Origin: an uncultured Thermoleophilaceae bacterium
GTDB lineage: Bacteria; Actinomycetota; Thermoleophilia; Solirubrobacterales; Thermoleophilaceae
NCBI GenBank assembly: GCA_963835705.1
Contig: CAWIGR010000005.1
Location: forward strand, 6,120-70,119
Reading direction: 5' to 3'
Length of the DNA stretch: 64,000 nt
Positions 53,432 through 64,000 of the stretch are shown here, one piece after another. Every line of letters begins with the position of its first letter. The stretch's first letter is position 1. Under the pieces are notes generated by a model. It saw only the letters and a list, made by a program, of their open reading frames with translations, was not told where the DNA came from and did no database searches. Position numbers and translations under genes: made by a program.

Positions 53432-53494
53432 GCGTTTGGGGGCCTTCGGCCGCCCAAACGCGCCGTTTGAGGGCGGGAACCCGCCCTCAAACGG
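53432..53494. repeat. Two adjacent related palindromic elements (13-bp stems)
   Basis: GCGTTTGGGGGCC-TTC-GGC(G)CCCAAACGC spans 53432-53461. CCGTTTGAGGGCG-GGAACC-CGCCCTCAAACGG spans 53463-53494. They share GTTTG(G/A)GGGC arms and lie between the divergent GH43 and mfd start codons. Confidence 0.7.
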
Positions 53495-53564
53495 ATGTGC
53501 GTGCGCGAGCGGACCGACTAATCTCGGGGGGCAGGCCGCGCGGGCCCCCGGGCGGCCGCTGCGC

Positions 53565-56500
53565 ATGCTCAGACCGCTCTTGAAATACGCTCGCGAGGAC
53601 CCCGGCGTGGCCGCGCTGGCCGACGCCGCGCGGGCCGAGCCGCAGCGCGCCTTCGTGTCCGCCAGCCTGCGCCCGTACCTGCTCGCAAGCCTGCTCGACG
53701 CCGAGCCGGAGCGGCCCGCGCTCGTGGTGGCGGGAGACGACCGCGCCGCCCGCGACCTGGCCGCCGACCTGAGGGCGTTCCTGAGCCCGCGGCCGGTCCG
53801 CTTCTACCCGGCGCGCGGCATGCGCTACGAGTCGCACCTCGCGCCGCCGCCGCACCTGGTCGGCCTGCGCATCGCCGCGCTCGACCTTTTGCTCGGAGAG
53901 CAGCCGGCCGTGGTGGTGGCCAGCGCCGCGGCGCTCGCCGAGAAGGTGCCCGACCCGGACCTGCGCCCGCACGGGTTCGCGATCGAGAAGGGCGGGTTGC
54001 TCGACCTCGACGAGGTCTCGAGCCAGCTCGTGGCCTGCGGCTACGAGCGCATGGACCAGGTGGAGGAGCGCGGCCAGTTCGCGGTTCGCGGCGACATCCT
54101 CGACGTCTACCCGGCCACCGAGGAGCGCGCGGTGCGCTGCGAGCTGTTCGACATCGAGGTGGAGCGGCTCACGTGGTTCTCCACCTTCACCCAGCGCTCG
54201 CTCGAGGAGGCGGAGCTGGTGGAGATCGCCCCGGCGGCCGAGCTCGGCCCGGAGCACCGCGAGCTCGCCGAGATCGCGGCCTCGAGCGACGAGGGCGACC
54301 GGCCCGACGTGGCGGACGTCCTGCCCATGGACCGCTTCCGCGAGCTGCTCGACCTCGTGCCGGAGCCGGCGCTCGTAACGGTGGCAGCCGAGGAGGAGCT
54401 CGCCCCGGCGCTGCGCGATCTGTGGCAGGACGTGACCACGAGCTTCCACGACCAGGACGCGCACGACCTCTACGTGCCCCCGGACCGGCTCGCCGAGGCG
54501 CTCGAGCGCCGCGCGGTGCTGCGCCTGTCGAGCATCTCCCAGGACCAGCCGCACGAGTTCCGCGCCCAGAGCGCGGACACGGCGGCCCGCTCGCTGCGCG
54601 AGGCGGAGCCCGAGCTCGAGAAGCTGGTCCGCTCGGGCTACCGCACGATCGTCGCCTGGTCGCGCCGCGGCGAGGCCGAGCGCGCCCGGCTCAACCTGGC
54701 CCGCGTGCAGGCCGGCTTCCTCGACGGCCAGCCGGCCCCCGCCGAGCCCGGCGTCCTGTTCGCGCACGCCGGCCTCCGCGAGGGCTTCCTCGCCCCGCAG
54801 CTGAAGCTGGCCGTGGTGCCCGAGCACCGCCTGTTGCGGCGCCGCCGCGCCACCCGCCCGGAGGGCCCGCGCCCCGGTGCGCTGGCCTCGTTCACCGACC
54901 TCCGCGCCGACTCGCCGGTGGTGCACGAGGACCATGGCATCGCCCGCTTCACCGGCTTCGAGACAAAGACCGTCGGGGGCGTCACGCGCGACTACCTGGA
55001 GCTCGAGTTCCGGGACGGCGACCGCGTCTTCGTGCCGAGCGACCAGCTCCACAAGATCAGCCGCTACGTGGGCGCCGACGCCGGCGACCCGCCGCTCTCG
55101 AAGCTTGGCGGCAAGCAGTGGGAGCAGCAGAAGCTGCGCGCCCGGCGCGCCGCGGAGGCGCTCGCCGGGGAGCTGATCACCCTCTACGCCGAGCGCAAGC
55201 GCCGCGCCGGATACGCGTTCCCGCGCGACGGCGAGTGGCAGCTGGAGTTCGAGCAGCGCTTCCAGTACCGCGAGACACCCGACCAGCTCGACGCGATCGA
55301 GGCGGTGCGCGCCGACATGGAGGAGGCGCGCCCGATGGACCGCCTCATCTGCGGGGACGTGGGCTATGGCAAGACAGAGGTGGCGCTGCGAGCCGCCTTC
55401 AAGGCGGCCGAGGACGGCAAGCAGGTGATGTTCCTCGTGCCGACGACGGTGCTCGCCCAGCAGCACCTCGGCACCTTCACCGAGCGGCTGCGCGACTACC
55501 CGTTCCGGATCGAGATGGTCTCGCGCTTCCGCACCCCGAAGGAGTCCCGCGAGGCCGTCGCCGCCTTCGCCGAGGGCCAGGTGGACATCCTGATCGGCAC
55601 CCATCGCCTGCTCTCACGCGACGTGCGCCCGAAGGACCTCGGCCTCCTGATCGTGGACGAGGAGCAGCGCTTCGGCGTCAAGCAGAAGGAGCTGCTGCGC
55701 CAGCTCAAGCTGCGCGTGGACGTGCTGAGCCTGTCGGCCACGCCGATCCCGCGCACGCTCCAGATGTCCCTGGCCGGGCTGCGCGACATCACCGTGATCG
55801 AGACGCCGCCCGAGGGGCGCCGCCCGGTCCGGACCTACGTGGGCGAGTACGACGAGGAGCTCGTCAGCTCGGCAATCAAGCGCGAGCTCGCCCGGGAAGG
55901 GCAGACGTTCTTCCTGCACAACCGCGTGGACACCATCGACGAAACGGCCGAGCGCATCCGCGCCGTCGTCCCGGAGGCGCGCGTGCTGGTGGCGCACGGC
56001 CAGATGGCCGAGGGCGTGCTCGAGCGGACCATGCTCGAGTTCCTGCGCGGCGACGGCGACGTGCTCGTCTGCACGAGCATCGTGGAGTCGGGCCTCGACA
56101 TCCCCACCGCCAACACGCTGATCGTGGAGCGCGCCGACGTGTTCGGGCTCGCCCAGCTCTACCAGATCCGCGGCCGGGTGGGCCGCTCGAGCGAGCGCGC
56201 CTACGCCTACCTCCTGTACCCGAGCGCGGCCGCGTTGTCCGAGGACGCGAGCCGGCGTCTGGCCACGCTGTCCGACTACACGGAGCTCGGCTCCGGCTTC
56301 AAGATCGCCATGCGCGACCTCGAGATCCGCGGCGCCGGCAACCTGCTCGGCCAGGAGCAGTCGGGGCACGTGGCGGCGGTCGGCTTCGAGCTCTACGTCG
56401 GCATGCTCGACGAGGCGGTGAGGCTCCTGGCGGGCGACTCCGCCGAGGAGGCCGCCGAGCCGGTGCGCCTCGACCTGCCCGTCGACGCCTACGTGCCGGG

Positions 56501-56906
56501 CGACTACGTGCCCTACGAGGCGGCCAAGATCGAGGTCCACCGGCGCGTCGCGGGAGCGCGGGAGGTGGCCCAGCTGATCGTGCTGCGCGAGGAGCTCGAG
56601 GACCGCTTCGGCCCCGTGCCCGAGCCGCTCGACAACCTCATCCGGCTGCAGGACGCCCGGATCAAGCTCGGCCGTGCGGGCGCCCGCTCGGTGGACTTCC
56701 GCCAGGGGAGGATGGCCGTAACCCCGATCGAGCTCGACTCGAACGGCTCGCGCACTCTGCGCGAGCGGGTACCCGAGGCGATCTACGAGTCCGGGCGCTC
56801 GACCGTGCGCGTACGGCTTCCGGACGAGCCCGCGGAGCGCTTCCGGGCTGTGGTCACCGCGGCCGAGGCCATCCTCGAGATCGCCACAGAGCCCGAACAT
56901 CCTTAA
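53565..56906 (+). CDS. mfd: Transcription-repair coupling factor
   Basis: 1113 aa. Superfamily-2 helicase motifs GDVGYGKTEVALRA, DEEQRFGV and SATPIPRT, and a C-terminal TRCF domain. Confidence 0.95.
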   Translation: MLRPLLKYAREDPGVAALADAARAEPQRAFVSASLRPYLLASLLDAEPERPALVVAGDDRAARDLAADLRAFLSPRPVRFYPARGMRYESHLAPPPHLVGLRIAALDLLLGEQPAVVVASAAALAEKVPDPDLRPHGFAIEKGGLLDLDEVSSQLVACGYERMDQVEERGQFAVRGDILDVYPATEERAVRCELFDIEVERLTWFSTFTQRSLEEAELVEIAPAAELGPEHRELAEIAASSDEGDRPDVADVLPMDRFRELLDLVPEPALVTVAAEEELAPALRDLWQDVTTSFHDQDAHDLYVPPDRLAEALERRAVLRLSSISQDQPHEFRAQSADTAARSLREAEPELEKLVRSGYRTIVAWSRRGEAERARLNLARVQAGFLDGQPAPAEPGVLFAHAGLREGFLAPQLKLAVVPEHRLLRRRRATRPEGPRPGALASFTDLRADSPVVHEDHGIARFTGFETKTVGGVTRDYLELEFRDGDRVFVPSDQLHKISRYVGADAGDPPLSKLGGKQWEQQKLRARRAAEALAGELITLYAERKRRAGYAFPRDGEWQLEFEQRFQYRETPDQLDAIEAVRADMEEARPMDRLICGDVGYGKTEVALRAAFKAAEDGKQVMFLVPTTVLAQQHLGTFTERLRDYPFRIEMVSRFRTPKESREAVAAFAEGQVDILIGTHRLLSRDVRPKDLGLLIVDEEQRFGVKQKELLRQLKLRVDVLSLSATPIPRTLQMSLAGLRDITVIETPPEGRRPVRTYVGEYDEELVSSAIKRELAREGQTFFLHNRVDTIDETAERIRAVVPEARVLVAHGQMAEGVLERTMLEFLRGDGDVLVCTSIVESGLDIPTANTLIVERADVFGLAQLYQIRGRVGRSSERAYAYLLYPSAAALSEDASRRLATLSDYTELGSGFKIAMRDLEIRGAGNLLGQEQSGHVAAVGFELYVGMLDEAVRLLAGDSAEEAAEPVRLDLPVDAYVPGDYVPYEAAKIEVHRRVAGAREVAQLIVLREELEDRFGPVPEPLDNLIRLQDARIKLGRAGARSVDFRQGRMAVTPIELDSNGSRTLRERVPEAIYESGRSTVRVRLPDEPAERFRAVVTAAEAILEIATEPEHP

Positions 56907-56932
56907 GCGGCCTTTACGTTCCCGTACTACAG

Positions 56933-58119
56933 ATGGGCTCGATGAATCACGCCGCCCTCAAGCCACTGCTCTCTGCCGCTCTTCTCACGCTCGGCACCGC
57001 CGCCATCATGGCGTGTGGTTCCGACTCGGTCCCATCGGGATCGGTCGCCAAGGTCGGCGACGAGGAGATCACCCAGGAGCAGTTCGACAAGTGGCTCACC
57101 ACCGCCGTCAGCGGTCAGGCGCAGGGCGCCGAAGTGGTGGCGCCGGACCCGCCCGACTTCAAGAAGTGCGTGGCGGCCAAGAAGAAGGCTCCCCTCCCGA
57201 AGGGGCAGAAGCAGCAGACCGACGCCGCTCTCAAGAAGCAGTGCGAGCAGGAGTACGACACGCTCAAGCGCGAGGTCATGCTGTTCCTGATCCAGGCCGA
57301 GTGGGTCGAGCAGGAGGCCAAGGAGCAGGGCGTCGAGGTAAGCGACGCGTCGGTCAAGAAGTCCTTCGAGGACCAGAAGAAGCAGGCCTTCCCGACCGAC
57401 AAGGCCTACCAGGAGTTCATCAAGACCTCGGGCATGACCGAGGAGGACATCCTCTTCCGCGTCAAGCTCAACGAGCTCCAGCAGAAGCTCACGCAGAAGA
57501 TCACCGAGGAAGCGTCCAAGGTCACCGACCAGGACATCCAGGAGTACTACGAGAAGAACAAGCGCCGCTTCGCGCAGCCCGAGCGGCGCGACCTGCGCGT
57601 GGTGCTCACCAAGAGCGAGGCCAAGGCCGAGGAGGCGCGCAAGGCGCTCAACGGCGGCCAGCCCTGGAAGCAGGTCGTCAACGAGTACTCGATCGACGAG
57701 GCCTCCAAGGCACAGGGCGGGCTGCTCCCCGCCGTGGCCAAGGGCCAGCAGGACAAGGCGCTCGACGACGCCGTCTTCCAGGCCAAGAAGGGCGAGCTCG
57801 AGGGCCCCGTGAAGACCCAGTTCGGGTGGTACGTCTTCGAGGTGGACAAGGTCACGCCGTCGTCCCAGCAGTCGCTCGAGCAGTCCAAGGAGACGATCAA
57901 GAACCTGCTCCGGTCCGAGCGCCAGCAGAAGACGCTGGACAAGTGGATCAAGAGCTTCCGCGAGGACTACCGCGAGCAGACCGAGTGCGCGGACGACTAC
58001 CGCATCGAGGAGTGCTCCAACGCTCCGAAGGGCAGCGACACCGGTCCCGCCTCGGGCGGCAACCCCGGCGGCCAGGGGCAGCAGCCGCCGCCCACGCCGC
58101 AGCCTGTTCCCGAGCAGTA

Positions 58120-58120
<1 letters not shown>
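56933..58120 (+). CDS. Lipoprotein peptidyl-prolyl cis-trans isomerase (SurA-N plus PpiC/parvulin type)
   Basis: Lipobox LGTAAIMAC. Parvulin core RDLRVVLTKSEAKAEEARKAL...GGLLPAV...GELEGPVKTQFGWYVFEV. Lys/Glu-rich with a Pro/Gln tail. Confidence 0.8.
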
Positions 58121-60283
<2,163 letters not shown>

Positions 60284-60313
60284 CGAGGTGTCTCCTCTAC
60301 ATTCGGGCCCCGG

Positions 60314-60640
60314 ATGGCCTACTCGCTGGACAACGCGCTGTACCAGTGGCGGGAGGGCGAGCGCCGGGTGGCGGAGGCGCCCGAGCCCGCCCGCGCCGAC
60401 CTGGAGCGGGCCGTGGCCGCCGTGGTCGACGAGCTCCGCAAGCGGCTCGGGTCCAGCTTCGTGCTCGACGAGCTCGCCGATCTCTACGGCGAGGGCACCG
60501 ACTGGGCCACCGAGCTGGCCGACCGCCAGGGGGCGAGCACGGACGCCGCGGTCGTGGCGGACGCCGCGTTCGCCCGCTACGCGCGCGAGGCGTCCAACTT
60601 CGCCGGGGGCAGGGCCCGCGAGCGCCACCAGCGGCCGTAG
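60314..60640 (+). CDS. Hypothetical protein (108 aa)
   Basis: ATG 60314, high GC3, helical acidic composition. Divergent from ftsB with a 30-bp spacer. Confidence 0.5.
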   Translation: MAYSLDNALYQWREGERRVAEAPEPARADLERAVAAVVDELRKRLGSSFVLDELADLYGEGTDWATELADRQGASTDAAVVADAAFARYAREASNFAGGRARERHQRP

Positions 60641-60664
60641 CCGCCTCCCCGAGGCCCCGTTTCG

Positions 60665-61258
60665 CTAGTCGCCCGAGTCGTCGTCCGGCTCTTCGCCGGC
60701 GCGCTTGATCACGATCTGCTCGGCGTCGACCGTCACGGTCACGGGCCTGTGCCCCGCCCAGTGCTCGGCGTAGACAGGGTCGTCCTGGATGGCCGGGTCG
60801 AGCCAGAGGCCGTAGCCCTCGTCGCCGTGGTCGAAGGTGCCCTCGAGCTCCGCCGGCCTGCGGCGGCGCCCGCGCCCGCCGCGCCGCCCCCGGCGGCGGC
60901 GCCGGGGCTTGTCCTCGCCCTCGTCCTCATCGGCGTCCTCGTCCTCGTCGTCCTCCTCCTGCTCGGCCTCGAGCGCGGCGGCGACCAGCGCGTCGTCCTC
61001 CGCACGCAGGTCGAGCTCCTCGCTGCCCGTACCGGGGGCGAACGGCTCTTCGACGTTCCCGCCGGAATCGTCGGGCACGAGCTCGTGCTCGCGCTTGAAG
61101 GAGCGGATGTCGCTGACGGATACCTCCAGCTGGTGGGCGATCCAGGCGTCGGTGCGGCCCTGCCGGACCCAGGTCCGGATCTGATTCAGCTGTGGTTTGA
61201 GCGATCTGCGTGCCAAGCGGCGGCGGACACTACCAACGAGGGAACGCGCATTGCGCAA
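60665..61258 (-). CDS. Hypothetical protein: N-terminal HTH-like segment, poly-acidic block, Arg-rich block and a small C-terminal domain
   Basis: 197-aa ORF with high GC3. The TTG 61258 start is uncertain. Segments: QIRTWVRQGRTDAWIAHQLEVSVSDIRSFKRE, then EQEEDDEDEDADEDEGED, then KPRRRRRGRRGGRGRRRRP. Confidence 0.55.
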   Translation of the reverse strand: MRNARSLVGSVRRRLARRSLKPQLNQIRTWVRQGRTDAWIAHQLEVSVSDIRSFKREHELVPDDSGGNVEEPFAPGTGSEELDLRAEDDALVAAALEAEQEEDDEDEDADEDEGEDKPRRRRRGRRGGRGRRRRPAELEGTFDHGDEGYGLWLDPAIQDDPVYAEHWAGHRPVTVTVDAEQIVIKRAGEEPDDDSGD

Positions 61259-61344
61259 GAGCTACGGATCCCCATTGCGCATGCTCGCCCGGCTTGCTTA
61301 AGTGGGGGGTGGCATCGCTGTCCAGGCAGGGGAGGCGCAGGCCA

Positions 61345-61542
61345 TTGCTGGTCCTTACGCGCAAGGGAAGTCAGAGCATCATGATCGGGGACGAGATCGA
61401 GGTCTCGGTCCTCGCGATCATGGGTGAAAAGGTGAGAATCGGGATCGACGCGCCGCGCTCGGTGCCCGTGTTCCGCAAGGAGGTCTACGTCGAGATCCAG
61501 CACGATCGGGAGGGTGCCACGACTGAGCGATACGCGTCCTAG
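61345..61542 (+). CDS. csrA: Carbon storage regulator CsrA (RNA-binding translational regulator)
   Basis: 65 aa from TTG 61345, which lies 9 nt after GGGGAGG. (M)LVLTRKGSQSIMIGDEIEVSVLAIMGEKVRIGIDAPRSVPVFRKEVY fits the CsrA fold signature. Confidence 0.85.
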   Translation: MLVLTRKGSQSIMIGDEIEVSVLAIMGEKVRIGIDAPRSVPVFRKEVYVEIQHDREGATTERYAS

Positions 61543-61551
61543 AGGCGGCCG

Positions 61552-61791
61552 CTAGCCGGCGATCATCGCGAGCGTCTCGAACATGACGATCGTCACAACC
61601 ACGGCGGTGATGACGATCGACAGCGCGAGGAACGTGAAGCGGAGCTTCCCCTCCTTGCGGCGACGCTCGACCCTGCGGCTGCGCGCACGGTGGACGGCCT
61701 GCTTGCGCAGGCGCTCGCGGCGCTCGATGGACTCGGCCGCCTCCTCGCGGAACGCCTCCTCGAACTGGGCCAGGGACTGACGCATCCGCAT
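61552..61791 (-). CDS. Small tail-anchored membrane protein (79 aa)
   Basis: ATG 61791. Charged helical N-terminus and a C-terminal TM helix FLALSIVITAVVVTIVMF. Only the last 240 nt of the 811-aa tracked ORF look coding. Confidence 0.5.
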   Translation of the reverse strand: MRMRQSLAQFEEAFREEAAESIERRERLRKQAVHRARSRRVERRRKEGKLRFTFLALSIVITAVVVTIVMFETLAMIAG

Positions 61792-61826
61792 GGAGCCGGG
61801 AAGGCTACCAGCGTTATTTGGGACGC

Positions 61827-62759
61827 TCACGCGGCAGCGGTCTCGCGCGCCGCCTCGTCGTACACCCGAACGAAGCGCATGTAGTTGTCCGCGATCTGCT
61901 CCGCCGCGGCGTCGCGCTCCAGGTCGCCGTCGATGAACCCCTTGAGTGCGTCCCACCAGATCGTGCGCCCGATCGCGAAGCCGGCATAGCCGTCCACGGG
62001 GGCGCCCTGGCGCAGCCAGTGGTCGACCTTCTCGTCGTTCGCCCCGCGGCCCAGCACCACGCAGATCACGCCGTCGCGGCCGTCGCGCCGGCAGGTGTCG
62101 GAGATGCTCTGGCAGTCCTCCTGGGTGTCGATCCCCTCGATCTTCCAGATGTCCGCCTCGACCCCGGCGTCCTGGAGCTCCACGATCGTCCTGCGCATCA
62201 GCTCGGGGCGGAGCTCGGCGTCGTAGCGGTCGCTGTCCCCTTCCACCTTCTCGAGCTGGTGGTCCTCGGCCGGTACGAGCAGCTCGAACAGGAACTTGCG
62301 GTCGTTCTCGTGGAGCCACTCGCCGAGCCGCTTGAGGCGCTCCGTCTGGCGCGCGTTCATCTCGGCGTCGCCGTCGGGGTTGTAGCGCACGAGCACCTTC
62401 GAGAAGTCGGGATCGAACTGCTCGATGTGGGCGCCGAAGTCGTCGCCGTAGTCGAAGTCGAACTCGTTCTGCCCCGACTTCTCCACCGGCATGGCGAGCA
62501 GCAGGCCGCGCTCCTTCGCGCCACCCGGAATGTCCTTCGGAGCGCCGAACTGCTCGTCCACGAGCACACCCGTCACGCCGGGCTCCGCACCCTGGTCCAC
62601 CGCCTTCAGCATCCCCTCGAAGATCAGGTGCTTGGCGTCCGAGATCGTGGCGGTCTGCTCCTCGGTGGGATCGCCCTCGATCCCGAACATCTTCTTCTGG
62701 AACGACCCGCGGTGGTCGAAGGCGAGGATGTAGAGCTTTCCGTCGTAGCCGAGTGTCAT
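61827..62759 (-). CDS. DUF2090-type class I aldolase-like protein (stand-alone IolC C-terminal-domain homologue)
   Basis: 310 aa. MTLGYDGKLYILAFDHRGSF...VLVDEQFG...WKIEG...GFAIGRTIW resembles the deoxy-keto-gluconate-phosphate aldolase-like domain. Confidence 0.6.
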   Translation of the reverse strand: MTLGYDGKLYILAFDHRGSFQKKMFGIEGDPTEEQTATISDAKHLIFEGMLKAVDQGAEPGVTGVLVDEQFGAPKDIPGGAKERGLLLAMPVEKSGQNEFDFDYGDDFGAHIEQFDPDFSKVLVRYNPDGDAEMNARQTERLKRLGEWLHENDRKFLFELLVPAEDHQLEKVEGDSDRYDAELRPELMRRTIVELQDAGVEADIWKIEGIDTQEDCQSISDTCRRDGRDGVICVVLGRGANDEKVDHWLRQGAPVDGYAGFAIGRTIWWDALKGFIDGDLERDAAAEQIADNYMRFVRVYDEAARETAAA

Positions 62760-62841
62760 GGGGCCTCCTGGTCGAGTCGACAGGGGTTATACCCCTTACG
62801 GGCCCGCGTTTGCCCTCCACATCCCTGGATACGATGCCCAG

Positions 62842-63978
62842 GTGGAGCACCGTTTCACGGGGCCCTCGTACACCCTCGGGATCGAGGAGGAGCTCATGAT
62901 CGTCGATCAGGAGACCCTCGATCTCACGAGCTCGATCGAGGGCCTGCTCGAGGCGCTCGGAGACATCGAGAAGGACGGCGAGGTCAAGCCCGAGCTGATG
63001 GAGTCGGTCTGCGAGATCGCCACCGAGCCGTGCCAGAACGCGCGGGAGGCGGGGTACCAGCTGCGCGCGCTGCGGAGGCTGGTGCAGCAGGTGGCGAACG
63101 AGCGCGGCGCCGCGATCGGCTCGGCGGGAACGCATCCCTTCGCGCTCTGGGAGGACCAGCGGATCGTCTCTCGCCCGCGCTACCGCGACCTGATCGCCGG
63201 GCTCCAGTTCGTCGCGCGCCAGGAGATCATCTTCGGCATCCACGTCCACGTCGGGCTCGACGACCCGGACAAGGCGGTCCACGTGGCCAACGGGATGCGC
63301 GTGCACGTGCCGATCCTGCTCGCCCTGTCGGCCAACTCGCCCTTCTGGCGTGGCCAGGTCACAGGGCTCCAGTCCAGCCGCACGCCGATCTTCCGCGCCT
63401 TCCCCAGGGTGGGAATTCCGCCCCGCTACGAGGACTACGAGGACTGGTCCCGGCGGATCGAGTTCATGACCACCGCAAAGGTGATCCGCGACTACACCTA
63501 CCTCTGGTACGACGTGCGGCCGCATCCGAACTTCGGCACCGTCGAGATCCGGGCGATGGACTCCCAGACGCGGGTGGAGCACACGCTGGCGATCGCGGCG
63601 CTGATCCAGGCGATGGTCAAGGAGCTGGCGGAGCACTACGAGGAGGGCAAGTCGCTGTCGCGCTACCCGTACGAGATGCTCGACGAGAACAAGTGGCTCG
63701 CCGCCCGCCACGGGCTCGAGGGGGAGCTGGTGGACCTGCCGAACACCGACCGGGTGGGCGCCGCCGAGCTGGCGAGGCGCCTGATGAGGCGGCTGCGCCC
63801 GCACGCCGAGGAGCTGGGGTCGGCCGACGAGTTCGACGGGCTGGAGGACATCCTCGAGAACGGCACCGGATCGGCGCGGCAGATAGTCGTCTTCGACGCG
63901 AACCACGACCTCCAGGAGGTGGTGCGCGAGGTCGTCGGGGCAAGCGTCCCGGAGGCTGCGGAGGCCGCGGGCGAGTAG
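62842..63978 (+). CDS. Carboxylate-amine ligase, YbdK / glutamate-cysteine ligase family 2
   Basis: GTG 62842 avoids overlap with the divergent gene. TLGIEEELMIVD, GTHPF, IFGIHVHVG, NSPFW and LWYDVRPHPNFGTVEIR. Confidence 0.85.
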   Translation: MEHRFTGPSYTLGIEEELMIVDQETLDLTSSIEGLLEALGDIEKDGEVKPELMESVCEIATEPCQNAREAGYQLRALRRLVQQVANERGAAIGSAGTHPFALWEDQRIVSRPRYRDLIAGLQFVARQEIIFGIHVHVGLDDPDKAVHVANGMRVHVPILLALSANSPFWRGQVTGLQSSRTPIFRAFPRVGIPPRYEDYEDWSRRIEFMTTAKVIRDYTYLWYDVRPHPNFGTVEIRAMDSQTRVEHTLAIAALIQAMVKELAEHYEEGKSLSRYPYEMLDENKWLAARHGLEGELVDLPNTDRVGAAELARRLMRRLRPHAEELGSADEFDGLEDILENGTGSARQIVVFDANHDLQEVVREVVGASVPEAAEAAGE

Positions 63979-64000
63979 CCGCTGCATCGACTGCTCCGAC

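Noticed and set aside
54173-56932. Upstream 920 codons of the 1315-aa ORF that ends as the PPIase lipoprotein, plus the 570-aa ORF 57013-58725.
   Set aside because: They are out of frame over mfd and the PPIase gene. Only the 3' segments (56933-58120 and 58120-58725) show lipobox/parvulin and MazG motifs.
61792-63987. 811-aa minus-strand ORF covering the DUF2090 gene region and antisense to the YbdK-like ligase.
   Set aside because: Only the last 79 codons, from ATG 61791, look like a real small membrane protein. The rest is Arg-rich and antisense or out of frame to well-supported genes.

Overview
This is a very GC-rich, gene-dense chromosomal window with strong G/C bias at third codon positions. 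Many long antisense or out-of-frame ORFs in the track are composition artefacts. Gene order follows classical actinobacterial housekeeping synteny: rsmI-metG-tatD-rsmA-ispE, then tRNA-Gln-glmU-prs-rplY-pth-mfd-PPIase-mazG-eno-ftsB. The source is probably a deep-branching actinobacterium (Thermoleophilia/Rubrobacteria-like), but the taxon is inference only.

I support about 66 protein genes, one tRNA-Gln-like gene and several regulatory or structural DNA elements. There is no rRNA, CRISPR array, transposase or prophage.

Main blocks:
1. 55-2884: an overlapping module of two STAS genes, an unknown gene and a flavoprotein gene.
2. 5315-8244: a translationally coupled hsp20-lon pair.
3. 8751-11155: cstA-ybdD.
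4. 11160-27387: a large minus-strand glycerol/dihydroxyacetone/phospholipid supercluster. Its genes run plsC, dhaK, dhaL, glpF, glpK, glpA, glpB, glpC, a DhaM-HPr-EI triple fusion, a CDP-alcohol phosphatidyltransferase, an SDR and a small repeat protein. An alkyl-DHAP-synthase-like flavoprotein and a patatin gene flank it.
5. 30343-44169: housekeeping and cell-envelope genes.
6. 44259-45367: a tRNA-Gln-like gene followed by a compositionally atypical HNH endonuclease gene sitting behind a near-consensus LexA (SOS) box.
7. 45445-60283: the glmU to ftsB block.
8. 60665-63978: an accessory-looking end containing an orphan csrA.

The most notable observations are:
- A candidate DHAP-fed ether-lipid/phospholipid locus.
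- The self-contained DhaM-HPr-EI fusion.
- A CIRCE (HrcA) operator on a Ruc-like zinc-ribbon gene.
- The SOS box plus homing-endonuclease-like gene wedged between tRNA-Gln and glmU.
- Twin palindromic elements between a GH43 gene and mfd.
- An orphan TTG-initiated csrA divergent from an acidic, arginine-rich HTH protein.
- Three genes disrupted by frameshifts (a regulator, a patatin and an M23 peptidase). These are either real decay or sequence errors.

All family assignments come from motif recognition by eye. No searches were run.
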